From the NCBI RefSeq assembly GCF_904830955.1, contig NZ_LR882970.1: a DNA stretch of 64,000 nucleotides; one strand, 5' to 3'. A program made the translations under genes and the position numbers. The DNA is from Planktothrix tepida (lineage in GTDB: Bacteria; Cyanobacteriota; Cyanobacteriia; Cyanobacteriales; Microcoleaceae). Below are positions 20,429 through 29,568 of the stretch, in pieces (position 1 is the first letter of the stretch; every line of letters begins with the position of its first letter). A model generated the notes under the pieces. It did no database searches and was not told the origin of the DNA. It worked only from the letters and a program-made list of their open reading frames with translations.

Positions 20429-21779
20429 AAGGCGGTAATGTTTCTGTTATATCTTCCCTTAAACTCACCGTCACCACAAATTTTTCTTGACAGGTTCCGA
20501 CCACACGAGTAAATAAATAAGAACACTGATCTTCGCGATTTGAATCTTGTTCAACTAAAATTCCGGTGGCGTCACTGACTCGTAATTTCACACCCACTGG
20601 TAAATCCGTTCCTGTAGTTAAACCTAATATTAATAATAGCGTCCATTCGGGTTCAATTTCCCATTCTAACGGCCAAGTTAAAGCATATAACCGCAGAGAA
20701 CGTCCTCCTAAACCTAAATCTCGATAAGCACCTTTGGCTTGGGGAGAAATTTCGACCCCATTTTCTTGGAGTTGTTTGACTAAACTGGAAATTTCAGTTC
20801 CGTCACGCAAGGCGGTTTCTGGAGAAAAATCTGGAATAAAAACCCAGGATAAAGCTGTTGATATTATGTCTAATTCCTGGTTAAACCATCCCGCTAAATT
20901 TAGCGTCGGTTGTGTTAATAAATTGAATAAATCTGTTAAATAAGCAATAGGATTTTTATGGAATTGAGAAATCGGTTGTGCCGATAAAATGGCTTGGTTT
21001 TGTACTTCATAAATCCATCGCAGTAATTCAGGATAACTGAAAATAATCTTTCCCTGTTCCCAAGTTAAAATTTGCCACAATTCATGAAAACTACCAGGTT
21101 CTGAGGATTGCAGTTGAGAAAGTTTGCTAATTAATTCTTCTCGAATTTGAGATAATAGTATTGCAGGATTCTGAATTTCCGGTAAAGGAATTGCAGAAAC
21201 TTCTAAACAGCGTACAAATAATAAAAATTGATCGGGTTCTGTGTTAAACCAAGATAAGGGGACAGAATATGTCCAATCTGCTTTGGGTTCTAAATCAATC
21301 TGTGTTTTATGGGCTTGAAAATCTGAATAGGAAATAAACCCATAAATTGAAGTTGTTTCTAATTCTTCTTGAACCTCAATTAAAATATAATAATGAGCCC
21401 TATATTCCGGTAATTCAAATATAGCCCTAGGTAAAATAATAGTATCCGTCCTAGAATTTCCCAAGGCGACTAAGCAGATTTTAAATTGATTGACGGCTAA
21501 GTTACAAACGGCTTCAATAAAATAAGCTAATTCAGGTTTTTCTAAAGAAGGATGATCTAAATTGAAGACAAGTTCTGATGAACGCTGTTCTAACCAATTT
21601 TGAAACCCAAAGAAGGCTAGAGAATTGAGATAGGTTTGCCATTGTTTTCGATCATCGAGAATAGAACGACAATAATCTAAGGATTGATTAATTTGTTCAG
21701 AAGATAAGGGTAAGGCTTCAGGGTTAAGCGGTTCAAACTCAAACAAAACCTCTGATTCATCTAGGAAAGAAGTAAACAT
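20409..21779 (-). CDS. DUF1822-like hypothetical protein (a cyanobacteria-restricted family)
   Basis: 456 aa with no catalytic motif. It is translationally coupled to the CHAT-CHASE2 gene: its stop overlaps that gene's start. The family call is from memory of DUF1822 sequence character. Confidence 0.5.
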   Translation of the reverse strand: MFTSFLDESEVLFEFEPLNPEALPLSSEQINQSLDYCRSILDDRKQWQTYLNSLAFFGFQNWLEQRSSELVFNLDHPSLEKPELAYFIEAVCNLAVNQFKICLVALGNSRTDTIILPRAIFELPEYRAHYYILIEVQEELETTSIYGFISYSDFQAHKTQIDLEPKADWTYSVPLSWFNTEPDQFLLFVRCLEVSAIPLPEIQNPAILLSQIREELISKLSQLQSSEPGSFHELWQILTWEQGKIIFSYPELLRWIYEVQNQAILSAQPISQFHKNPIAYLTDLFNLLTQPTLNLAGWFNQELDIISTALSWVFIPDFSPETALRDGTEISSLVKQLQENGVEISPQAKGAYRDLGLGGRSLRLYALTWPLEWEIEPEWTLLLILGLTTGTDLPVGVKLRVSDATGILVEQDSNREDQCSYLFTRVVGTCQEKFVVTVSLREDITETLPPFEFSFN

Positions 21780-21781
21780 TA

Positions 21782-23269
21782 TTAATAGCTCCGTCGGGAA
21801 TTTTTAGATAATAAAGAAATCATGGAATGAATCAATTCTGGACTTTTTTCTCTTAAATCTAAATAGTAGCAAACGCCTTTAAAAAAGGGACTATTTAGGG
21901 GACGATTTTGAGCAATATAGGAATCAGATTCAGCTTGTTTAAACAAGGTTTCCAATTCTCCATCTAAGGCTAATTCAATTTGTTTTTCCCACTGTTCTAA
22001 CTCTTGGGAAAGATGCTCAGGTTTGGCATACTCTAAAATGCGATCGCGTAACTGAAATAATAAGTGATGTCTGACATCAGCGCGAAAGGCTTTAAGCTTT
22101 AATAAACGAGTTACTTGATACTGAGCTTTTAATCCTAATGTAGCTGCAATTTCGCTCATAGATTGACCCTGACAATGAAACAGATAAAGGGCGGTTAAAA
22201 ATTGTTCCGCTTTTTCTCCGTCTCGCTTTTGGCAAGTTGTTAACCAGGTTTCTAAAACTTGAGCAATACTGCTATGTAAACACATCAAAAACTGTTTTTC
22301 ATACCAGTTTAAAAACTCCTGTTTTTTGATTTGTTCCTCATCGTTTTCTAGGGGTTCAGGGCTAGGAATTTGTTCAATGATGGAATCAGAATCATCAACA
22401 AAAATTAAGGATTGGTTGGGTAACTTTCCTCCTCGAATATAGGTGCGATATTGGCGTAATAGAGTCGCTAGATTTTGTAATTTCAGGGCGACGGCTTTAG
22501 GAGAAATCCTCTGTTGAATTAAGGTTTCTAACCGTTGAGCAATTTGTTGATATTGTTGAGCCGTTGGCGGTTGACAGCGTTTTCTAGCTCCGGCTTGACG
22601 TTGTTGTAAACGTTGGCTACGGTAAACGCTATGGTAGCAAGCTAAAAGCTGTAATCGTTGTTCAACTTCCAGGGACGTTAATTGATAAAACTGGGTTAAA
22701 ATTTTTTCCAGTTGTTGAGGATGGGTATCATTTAAAATTGCCCAATCACTCACGAGATACACCCCATGCTCTAGTAAAAACTTATTGATTTCACTATTAA
22801 ATTTAACTCGTCGGTTTGTCCAAGTTGCTAAACTACTTTGCTGGGGATCAAAGGTTTGTAAAATTTCCCGTGCAAAGGATTGATAAGAAGTTTTTGTTTG
22901 TCCTAAATGGCGCTGACGATTAATTCCTTCTTCATCCAAAACAAAGGGGAATAAGTCTTGGCTTCTAAAACCATGATAGGTTCCAAATTGTTGAGCTAAC
23001 TGAAGACAAACCTGTTCAATTTCCCAAGAAATAAAGCATAAAAGACAACATTCTGCATTTTGGCTATTGATATTATTCCCTTGAGAATTGCCATCACGAA
23101 GCCATTGTACTAATTGCTTCTGAATGGGTACATCGGGAACATCCGCCTCTGCGAGGAATTCTGGAAAAGCCCTCTCAAAAAAGGCTTTGGCTGCTGCTAT
23201 TTCCGACCGTTTTTGTCGGCCAGAACTTTCGAGTTTAACCAGTGTCCAATACTTTGATGCTTTACTCAT
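21782..23269 (-). CDS. Hypothetical protein, lead gene of the CHAT operon, with a possible C-terminal HTH-like segment
   Basis: 495 aa. Its stop lies 2 nt upstream of the DUF1822-like start. The segment MSEIAATLGLKAQYQVTRLLKLK resembles a helix-turn-helix. Otherwise unrecognised. Confidence 0.5.
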   Translation of the reverse strand: MSKASKYWTLVKLESSGRQKRSEIAAAKAFFERAFPEFLAEADVPDVPIQKQLVQWLRDGNSQGNNINSQNAECCLLCFISWEIEQVCLQLAQQFGTYHGFRSQDLFPFVLDEEGINRQRHLGQTKTSYQSFAREILQTFDPQQSSLATWTNRRVKFNSEINKFLLEHGVYLVSDWAILNDTHPQQLEKILTQFYQLTSLEVEQRLQLLACYHSVYRSQRLQQRQAGARKRCQPPTAQQYQQIAQRLETLIQQRISPKAVALKLQNLATLLRQYRTYIRGGKLPNQSLIFVDDSDSIIEQIPSPEPLENDEEQIKKQEFLNWYEKQFLMCLHSSIAQVLETWLTTCQKRDGEKAEQFLTALYLFHCQGQSMSEIAATLGLKAQYQVTRLLKLKAFRADVRHHLLFQLRDRILEYAKPEHLSQELEQWEKQIELALDGELETLFKQAESDSYIAQNRPLNSPFFKGVCYYLDLREKSPELIHSMISLLSKNSRRSY

Positions 23270-23430
23270 GGATTAGGAACAGAGGAAGTCGGTGTCTTGT
23301 TGAATTCGGCTTATAAATCCCAAGCCACCAACAACTCCAACGAGTGATTTAGGACAGAGGGGCAAGGTGATCTCACCCCTCAAGTTTACCTATCTCTGAA
23401 GTGATTCAACTTATGCAAGCTCAAACAGAA

Positions 23431-24087
23431 TTAGAGCCCCAAAGAATTTGATATTTTAGGCGTTGGGGTGATTTTAGCTTTGGGTTTCCAATCATATTCC
23501 ATGTATTGAGCCGTTTTTAAAGCTTTGTCATCCCCTAAAAGTTTAGCAATAACATAAAGAGACACATCAATTCCCGCCGAAATTCCGGCCGCTGTGATAA
23601 TTTTGCCATTATCAACATATCGTTGATTGTCTACAATAGTAGTCTGGGGAGCAAGCGCTCTTAATTGCTCTAAGGCTAGATGATGAGTAGTCGCAACTAA
23701 CCCATCTAATAAACCAACTTTAGCTAACAGTAAAGCCCCCGTACAGACCGATACAATTAAATCAGCATAATGTCCTTTAGATTGAATCCAAGCTAAAATT
23801 TGAAGTTGATTCATCGCAGCCTTTGTGCCAATTCCACCCGGTATAAAAATTACATCAGGGACGGGACTATCTAATAAGGTGAAATCAGGATTAATACTTA
23901 AGCCATTATGGGATTGAAGAGAATTTAAGGTTTCTGCCACTAGATAAACATTAAAGGGTTTATCTTCGTTAATTTCTGAGGCAATAGAAAATACCTCATA
24001 GGGGCCAGCAAAATCCAGAATTTCAACGTCATTAAACATTAAAATAGCAATATTTTTTTGAGTCATTAGTTCAGTAATCCTAAACAA
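23431..24087 (-). CDS. DJ-1/PfpI family protein (class I glutamine amidotransferase-like)
   Basis: The nucleophile-elbow Cys sits in IVSVCTGALLLAKVGLL. 218 aa. N-terminus NIAILMFNDVEILDFAGPYEVF. Confidence 0.85.
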   Translation of the reverse strand: MFRITELMTQKNIAILMFNDVEILDFAGPYEVFSIASEINEDKPFNVYLVAETLNSLQSHNGLSINPDFTLLDSPVPDVIFIPGGIGTKAAMNQLQILAWIQSKGHYADLIVSVCTGALLLAKVGLLDGLVATTHHLALEQLRALAPQTTIVDNQRYVDNGKIITAAGISAGIDVSLYVIAKLLGDDKALKTAQYMEYDWKPKAKITPTPKISNSLGL

Positions 24088-24107
24088 AAAGGATAAGGGG
24101 TTAAAAT

Positions 24108-24482
24108 ATGGTAAAAAAGCGTTTTGGGTTTCAGAATCTTATTCTGGCTATTACAATCATTTTAGGGGTTACGCTGGGTTGGAATAGTTTGACCTTAGCA
24201 CAAGGTTCAGCCACTCAGCTTGAATATCGCATGAGTCGATTAGAAGCACAAGTGTCTCAACTGGCAGGACAGATTAATAGTTTGCGATATCAAAGCTCAG
24301 GAACAACAGTAATTCAGGTTGAACCAGATGCAACCAGTCCTCCGCCTCAACCGGAAAATCGTTTCCTTTCGGGTGATCCGATGTTTGATCGGTTAGCCAC
24401 CTTAGTCATAGAAACAAAACAAGATGTGCAACAACTTCAAAAACAAATCGCGGATTTAAAAGCGCGAATAGACACCCAATAA
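24108..24482 (+). CDS. Hypothetical exported coiled-coil protein
   Basis: It has an N-terminal signal/TM segment. Heptad-like LEAQVSQLAGQINSL and LQKQIADLKARI segments are present. Confidence 0.45.
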   Translation: MVKKRFGFQNLILAITIILGVTLGWNSLTLAQGSATQLEYRMSRLEAQVSQLAGQINSLRYQSSGTTVIQVEPDATSPPPQPENRFLSGDPMFDRLATLVIETKQDVQQLQKQIADLKARIDTQ

Positions 24483-24641
24483 TTAACGGTTAAACGGGTC
24501 GAGGAGATGTGACTGTAGCGGAATGTCAAATATCCTGAAATCATAGTGCTGCTCGATGATCTGAGAAGTTAAAATTTATTCTCCTCATCTTAGAAGATTG
24601 ATCAAGAGCAGCACAATCTTTAAAAGTGGATGATGTTAAAA

Positions 24642-24758
24642 CTATACAATGATGCCGAAATAGTAAGCGGCAACTAAAAAGTTAATCCCTAACAGAAGCA
24701 GTGCCCAAAACACACGAAAGGTATAAGGGCCACCGGATTTTTGAGTTTTGCTAGTCAT
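24642..24758 (-). CDS. Putative 38-aa single-TM micro-protein (MTSKTQKSGGPYTFRVFWALLLLGINFLVAAYYFGIIV)
   Basis: This short ORF is below the track cutoff. It has a polar N-terminus followed by one strongly hydrophobic helix, the typical shape of cyanobacterial photosynthetic or NDH small subunits. It has not been matched to a known one. Confidence 0.3.
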   Translation of the reverse strand: MTSKTQKSGGPYTFRVFWALLLLGINFLVAAYYFGIIV

Positions 24759-24967
24759 AGGTTTGGTTCCTAAAATACGTTGATTTTATTAAATCACAGA
24801 AGCAGACGGTTTCAACGAATCAAAGATCGGGCGTCGAAAAGCAGGAATTAATACTCAAACCTCAGTCCCGATTGTGATCTATTCACTAACTTATTTCGTT
24901 TTACATGATCCCCGCTTCTATTAAAAGTTATAACAGGAGTCTGGAGACAGAGGTGAACCATTAATCA

Positions 24968-25165
24968 TCCCCCCATCTCCCTTTCCCCTCATCTCCCCGT
25001 CCCCTTGTCCCCTCATCCCCCGTCCCCTTGTCCCCTTGTCCCCTTGTCCCCTTGTCCCCTTGTCCCCTTGTCCCCTTGTCCCCTTGTCCCCTTGTCCCCT
25101 TGTCCCCTCATCTCCCCGTCCCCCCGTCCCCTCATCTCCCCGTCCCATTCCCCTACTCCCCTGCA
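24968..25165. repeat. C-rich (plus strand) 8-bp microsatellite: about 10 perfect tandem copies of CCCCTTGT flanked by degenerate CCCCTCAT/CCCCGTCC units
   Basis: Seen directly at 25023-25107. It abuts the lipA stop codon at 25153-25155. Confidence 0.9.
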
Positions 25166-26082
25166 TGATAAGAACTACGAACTAACGGCCCAGAACGAAC
25201 TTGAGCAAAACCCATCTCCGTTGCGATCGCTCCTAAATGCTCAAATTCTTCCGGTGTCCAATATTTTTGGACGGGGAGATGCTCTAAAGACGGACGCATA
25301 TATTGACCGAGGGTAATGCGATCGCATCCCGCCCCGCGTAAATCTGTTAAAGTTTCAATAATTTCTGCTTCCGTTTCCCCGTGCCCTAACATTAAACCGG
25401 ATTTTGTAGGAATTCGAGGATCAAGCTGTTTCACAATTCTTAATACATCGAGCGATCGCTCATATTTTGCGCCCCGTCTGACAGGCGCTTGTAACCGTTG
25501 GACAGTTTCGACATTATGGTTATAACAGGCAGGTTGAGCTTTAACTACAGTGGCAATGCGTTGATATTGAAGGGCTTGGGGATTCCCCCCACCTTGCCCG
25601 CCCCAAAAGTCAGCCGTTAGAACTTCAATCTGAGTCTCTGGGGTGAGATGTCGGATGGCATCCATGGTCGCGACAAACCAGCCTGACCCCGCATCGGCTA
25701 AATCATCTCGCGCCACAGAGGTTAAAACCACATACCGTAACCCTAAAATTTGTACCGCTTCCGCTACCTTTTGGGGTTCTTCTGGATCAAGGGACATGGG
25801 TGCATGACCCTTATCCACCTGACAAAAAGCGCAGGAACGGGTACAAGTTGGCCCCATTAACAAAAATGTTGCGGTTTTCTGAGCATAACATTCCCCTCGA
25901 TTTGGACAACGACCTTCTTCACAAATGGTGTGAATTTGACGCTGTTTGATAATTCGTTGTACCGCAGAGAGTTCACTCGCTTTACCCAGGGGACGGCGTA
26001 ACCAATAAGGGAGCGGTTCAACAAAATTTTGAGACCGATTACGATAAGATTGTTCAGCAGAGGAATGGGGAGATGGGGACAT
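25153..26082 (-). CDS. lipA: Lipoyl synthase
   Basis: The radical-SAM CxxxCxxC motif is present as [11 protein letters not shown], along with the auxiliary cluster [12 protein letters not shown]. 309 aa. Confidence 0.9.
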   Translation of the reverse strand: MSPSPHSSAEQSYRNRSQNFVEPLPYWLRRPLGKASELSAVQRIIKQRQIHTICEEGRCPNRGECYAQKTATFLLMGPTCTRSCAFCQVDKGHAPMSLDPEEPQKVAEAVQILGLRYVVLTSVARDDLADAGSGWFVATMDAIRHLTPETQIEVLTADFWGGQGGGNPQALQYQRIATVVKAQPACYNHNVETVQRLQAPVRRGAKYERSLDVLRIVKQLDPRIPTKSGLMLGHGETEAEIIETLTDLRGAGCDRITLGQYMRPSLEHLPVQKYWTPEEFEHLGAIATEMGFAQVRSGPLVRSSYHAGE

Positions 26083-26714
26083 ACTTTTACAGATGAGGAT
26101 AAAACATTTAACTCAAAAGTTTCCCGGCAAGAGTCAGGCTTTAGGCCGAATCTCTTCAGACTACTGGGGTCAAACCAGACCAAAGCCAGGTTATTTTACC
26201 CAGAAATGGGCTTGAAAGCCCGGTGCTTCTAGGACGGCTTTTTGAGGATTTATGATAAAATTGAAAAGTCTCAACAACAGCACCCTACCTAACATTTTTG
26301 GAGTTAGACTCTATGCTAACAGTATAAAAAAGAAGCGTACATTAAAGACGCTGAGGGTGGGTTGAAAAAAATGGGCAGCGATTCCCAAGGGACAAAAGCC
26401 AAAAAACTAAAGAAGTAGCTAAACCTGAAAAGTTAAAGCTTTTCCAATTAAGGCAACTCAAAACGTAACTTGGGTGTAAGATAACGCCCTGGTTCAATAT
26501 TCGAGTAAGTCTCTGGAGATATAGCCTTGGGAATATCAACTAAGTTAGGCTTGTTCTGATGTTCTGTAGAACAATGAAACGGTTTAAGTAGTGCTCGTGA
26601 GAGCCTAGTTGATTGTAAGGTTTGTCTGGGAAAGAGAAACCCTGAACAGCAATATTTTAGAATCTCCGTCTTGAAGTGCGGAGAAAACCTTAAGCATCAT
26701 TATGGGAGTCAGTC

Positions 26715-27293
26715 GTGGCAGGCCGGAAAATACTGGTAATTGACGATAGCAAAGTCATTCGGGTGCGAGTTCGAGAAATGTTACCCCCTGGTAACTTTGA
26801 GGTATTAGAAGCCAAAGATGGCAAAGAAGGTCTCGAATTTGTTCAGAGAGAACATCCTAATTTGATTATGTTGGATTTCCTCCTGCCTAAGTTAAGTGGC
26901 TGGGATGTTTTTAGGCAGATTCAAGCCGATGAAACCTTACGGCGAATTCCGCTTGTGCTGATGTCAGGGCGGAAGGAAGAAGTAACTGAAAAAATTTCAG
27001 AACCGTTTCAATATTTTGAGTTTATTGAAAAGCCGTTTGAAAAGAAACAACTGCTTGATGCCATTAAATCCGCGTTTCAGAAAGCGAATTTACCCCGTCA
27101 ACCGTTACCTAAGTCTGGGCCTGAGACTTCTCCCGTTCCTGACTCTGTTCCTACACCTGCTTCTGCTGCAAGTGGAGACGCAGCAGACATGGCAGCGATG
27201 AAGGCGGAAATGGCGAAGATGAAGGCAGAAATAGAGGCTCTGAAAAAACAAGTGTTACAAATCAAAACCTTTATTCAGAAGAAACTGAAATAG
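26715..27293 (+). CDS. Response regulator receiver (CheY-like REC) protein with a C-terminal Pro/Ala-rich linker and coiled coil
   Basis: KILVIDDS...LIMLDFLLPKLSGWDV matches the REC domain with its phospho-acceptor Asp. The C-terminus has the repeat MAAMKAEMAKMKAEIEALKKQ. Confidence 0.8.
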   Translation: MAGRKILVIDDSKVIRVRVREMLPPGNFEVLEAKDGKEGLEFVQREHPNLIMLDFLLPKLSGWDVFRQIQADETLRRIPLVLMSGRKEEVTEKISEPFQYFEFIEKPFEKKQLLDAIKSAFQKANLPRQPLPKSGPETSPVPDSVPTPASAASGDAADMAAMKAEMAKMKAEIEALKKQVLQIKTFIQKKLK

Positions 27294-27384
27294 GCTGTTG
27301 ACTGTTGACTGTTGACTGTTGGCTTGTTAATAGACAATAGACAACGGACAACGGACAACGGATAACAGATAACGGATAACGAAC
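27293..27384. repeat. STRR-type heptamer tandem repeats: CTGTTGA x4 (reverse complement of STRR3 CAACAGT) followed by GACAA(C/T)(A/G) x about 7
   Basis: Seen directly. They lie immediately upstream of the kinase gene start at 27385. Confidence 0.8.
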
Positions 27385-28410
27385 ATGATATTGGATGCTT
27401 CATTTTTAGCAGAGTTAAATGCCTCGATGGATTCGTTATGTGAACGAATGGATCGATTTTCTCAGGTGAAGGTTCTGGTGGTGGGGGATTTAACGTTAGA
27501 TGAATTTCTCACAGGTCAGGTAGAACGGTTATCGCGGGAAGCTCCGGTGTTAATTTTGCGTCATGAAAATACTCGCCAAATTCCTGGGGGAGGGGCAAAT
27601 GCTGTTTACAATTTGGCAAAATTAGGAGCATCGGTAAAAGTTGCCGGGTTTGTGGGAAAAGATGATCAAGGCATCGCTTTGTGTCGAATTTTTGAGCAGG
27701 CAGGAATTGATATTAGGGGAATTTTAATTGATCCTGACCGTCCAACGGTAACAAAAACTCGCATTTCCGGTCATGCCCGTCAATCCGTTACGCAACAAAT
27801 TGTTAGGGTAGATCGTAAATCTGATGAGTTACCCGATTTAGAATTACAGTTAAAATTAGCAGAATATATTCGGGAAAATATTGATACCGTTGATGCGGTG
27901 GTTTGTTCAGATTATGGGGATGGAGTTTTAACCCAAACGATCATTGAAGCGGCATTAAAAGCTCCTCTCACTATTGTAGATACTCAAAAAGATTTACATC
28001 GGTTTGCCGGGGCAACGTTATTTACTCCTAATCTTCCTGAAGCGGAAAAAGCCGTCGGATATTCTATTATAAATTCACAAACGTTACAACAAGCAGGACA
28101 AGATTTATTAACGTTAACTCAAGCCCAGGCGATGTTAATTACGCGGGGGGAAGAAGGCATGAGTTTATTTGAAAAAGGGCAACTTTTGCAGATTCCAGCC
28201 TTTAATCGCACCGATGTTTTTGATGTGACGGGTGCAGGGGATACGGTTGTTGCTGCATTAACGTTAGGTTTATGTACAGGTTCGTCCTTGTGGGAAGCTT
28301 CGGTTTTAGGAAATTTAGCCGCTAGTTTAGTCGTGCGTCAATTTGGTACGGCAACAACAACTATTGAGGAAATGAAAGAAGCTTTGCGATCGCTTTTAAA
28401 CTTAGAATAA
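27385..28410 (+). CDS. PfkB-family carbohydrate kinase, RfaE domain I / heptose-7-phosphate kinase-like
   Basis: The N-terminal VLVVGDLTLDEF...REAPV...GGGANAV motif is present. The C-terminal GAGDT motif is present as DVTGAGDTVVAAL. Confidence 0.8.
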   Translation: MILDASFLAELNASMDSLCERMDRFSQVKVLVVGDLTLDEFLTGQVERLSREAPVLILRHENTRQIPGGGANAVYNLAKLGASVKVAGFVGKDDQGIALCRIFEQAGIDIRGILIDPDRPTVTKTRISGHARQSVTQQIVRVDRKSDELPDLELQLKLAEYIRENIDTVDAVVCSDYGDGVLTQTIIEAALKAPLTIVDTQKDLHRFAGATLFTPNLPEAEKAVGYSIINSQTLQQAGQDLLTLTQAQAMLITRGEEGMSLFEKGQLLQIPAFNRTDVFDVTGAGDTVVAALTLGLCTGSSLWEASVLGNLAASLVVRQFGTATTTIEEMKEALRSLLNLE

Positions 28411-28412
28411 GA

Positions 28413-28548
28413 GGGAACAGGGAATAGGGGGACAAGGGGACAAGGGGATGAGGGGATGAGGGGATGAGGGGATGAGGGGATGAGGGGATGAGGGGATGAG
28501 GGGATGAGGGGATGAGGGGATGAGGGGAAGGGGAGATGGGGGAATGTT
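28413..28548. repeat. G-rich (plus strand) 8-bp microsatellite: GACAAGGG x2 then GATGAGGG x about 10
   Basis: Seen directly. It begins 3 nt after the kinase stop. Runs of four G separated by four nt satisfy the G-quadruplex consensus. Confidence 0.9.
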
Positions 28549-28643
28549 TAATGGTAGTTAAATTGTTAATACAGTATTGGATGGGAGAGGTAAATACTGG
28601 TTATTACCTATTTTTTATTAACACCCATAAAATTACTATTTAT

Positions 28644-28679
28644 TATTGCCTATTGCCTATTGCCTATTACCTATTGCCT
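28644..28679. repeat. Heptamer tandem repeat TATTGCC x5 (one variant copy)
   Basis: Seen directly. Confidence 0.7.
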
Positions 28680-28781
28680 CTCTAATTATTAATACCTAAT
28701 CAGTCTCTTTTCGGGGATTAGACTTGACAAATATTTATTTTAAGATAAAATCCTGATGAACCTCTATTTTTATGAACGCGA

Positions 28782-29480
28782 ATGTTAACCCAGGATAAGC
28801 CTTTAACAGAAACAGCATTTCTGGCTAAACTCAACGAAATTATTGAAACCCATCACTTACTCAAGCATCCCTTTTATCAAATGTGGAATGAAGGGAAATT
28901 GACATTAACGATGCTACAAGAGTATGCCCAAGAATATTATCTGCACGTTCATAACTTCCCCACCTATGTTAGTGCAACTCATGCAGCTTGTGATGATATC
29001 AACATTCGCAAAATGTTGTTAGAAAATTTAATTGAAGAAGAACGGGGTTCTGCCCATCACCCGGAATTGTGGTTACGGTTTGCAGAAGGATTAGGAGTTG
29101 AACGCAGTGAAGTTCTCAACCGGAAAACTTTAAGTAAAACCCAAGAATCTGTTCAGATTCTTAAAGAATTATCTCGCAGTGAAGAACCCGAAAAAGGGTT
29201 AGCTGCTTTGTACGCTTACGAATCTCAATTCCCTCAAGTTTCGACTACTAAAATTGCGGGACTAGAGGAATTTTATGGGATTAATGAAGAATCGGCTTTA
29301 TCCTTCTTTAAAGTTCATGAAAAAGCAGATGAAATCCACAGCCAAATGACTCGCAAAGCCTTGTTACAACTGTGTCAAACCGCAGAACAACAACAAGCAG
29401 CATTAGACGCGGCACAAACTGCTGTTGATGCGTTTAACTTGCTCTTAGATGGAGTGTATGAAGAGTATTGCCAAAATTAG
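28782..29480 (+). CDS. TenA/PqqC-like (CADD-type) haem-oxygenase-fold protein
   Basis: The HPFYQMWNEGKLTL...EYYLHV start and the EExxH-type metal ligands (IEEERGSAHH) are present. 232 aa. Confidence 0.65.
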   Translation: MLTQDKPLTETAFLAKLNEIIETHHLLKHPFYQMWNEGKLTLTMLQEYAQEYYLHVHNFPTYVSATHAACDDINIRKMLLENLIEEERGSAHHPELWLRFAEGLGVERSEVLNRKTLSKTQESVQILKELSRSEEPEKGLAALYAYESQFPQVSTTKIAGLEEFYGINEESALSFFKVHEKADEIHSQMTRKALLQLCQTAEQQQAALDAAQTAVDAFNLLLDGVYEEYCQN

Positions 29481-29568
29481 AATGTAGGCGAAATCCCGGT
29501 TGATTTTTCTTAAAAATTCAGTAGAGGCGTTCACAATAACGTCTCTACTGTGAGCTAATCAAGAGAAC

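Noticed and set aside
24921-25316. ORF-track proteins 24921..25166(-) (GDKGTRGQ repeats) and 25005..25316(+) (PLVPLSPC repeats)
   Set aside because: Both are in-frame translations of the 8-bp microsatellite. 8 x 3 = 24 nt gives an 8-aa periodic protein. They overlap lipA and show no other coding signal, so I treat them as artefacts of the repeat.
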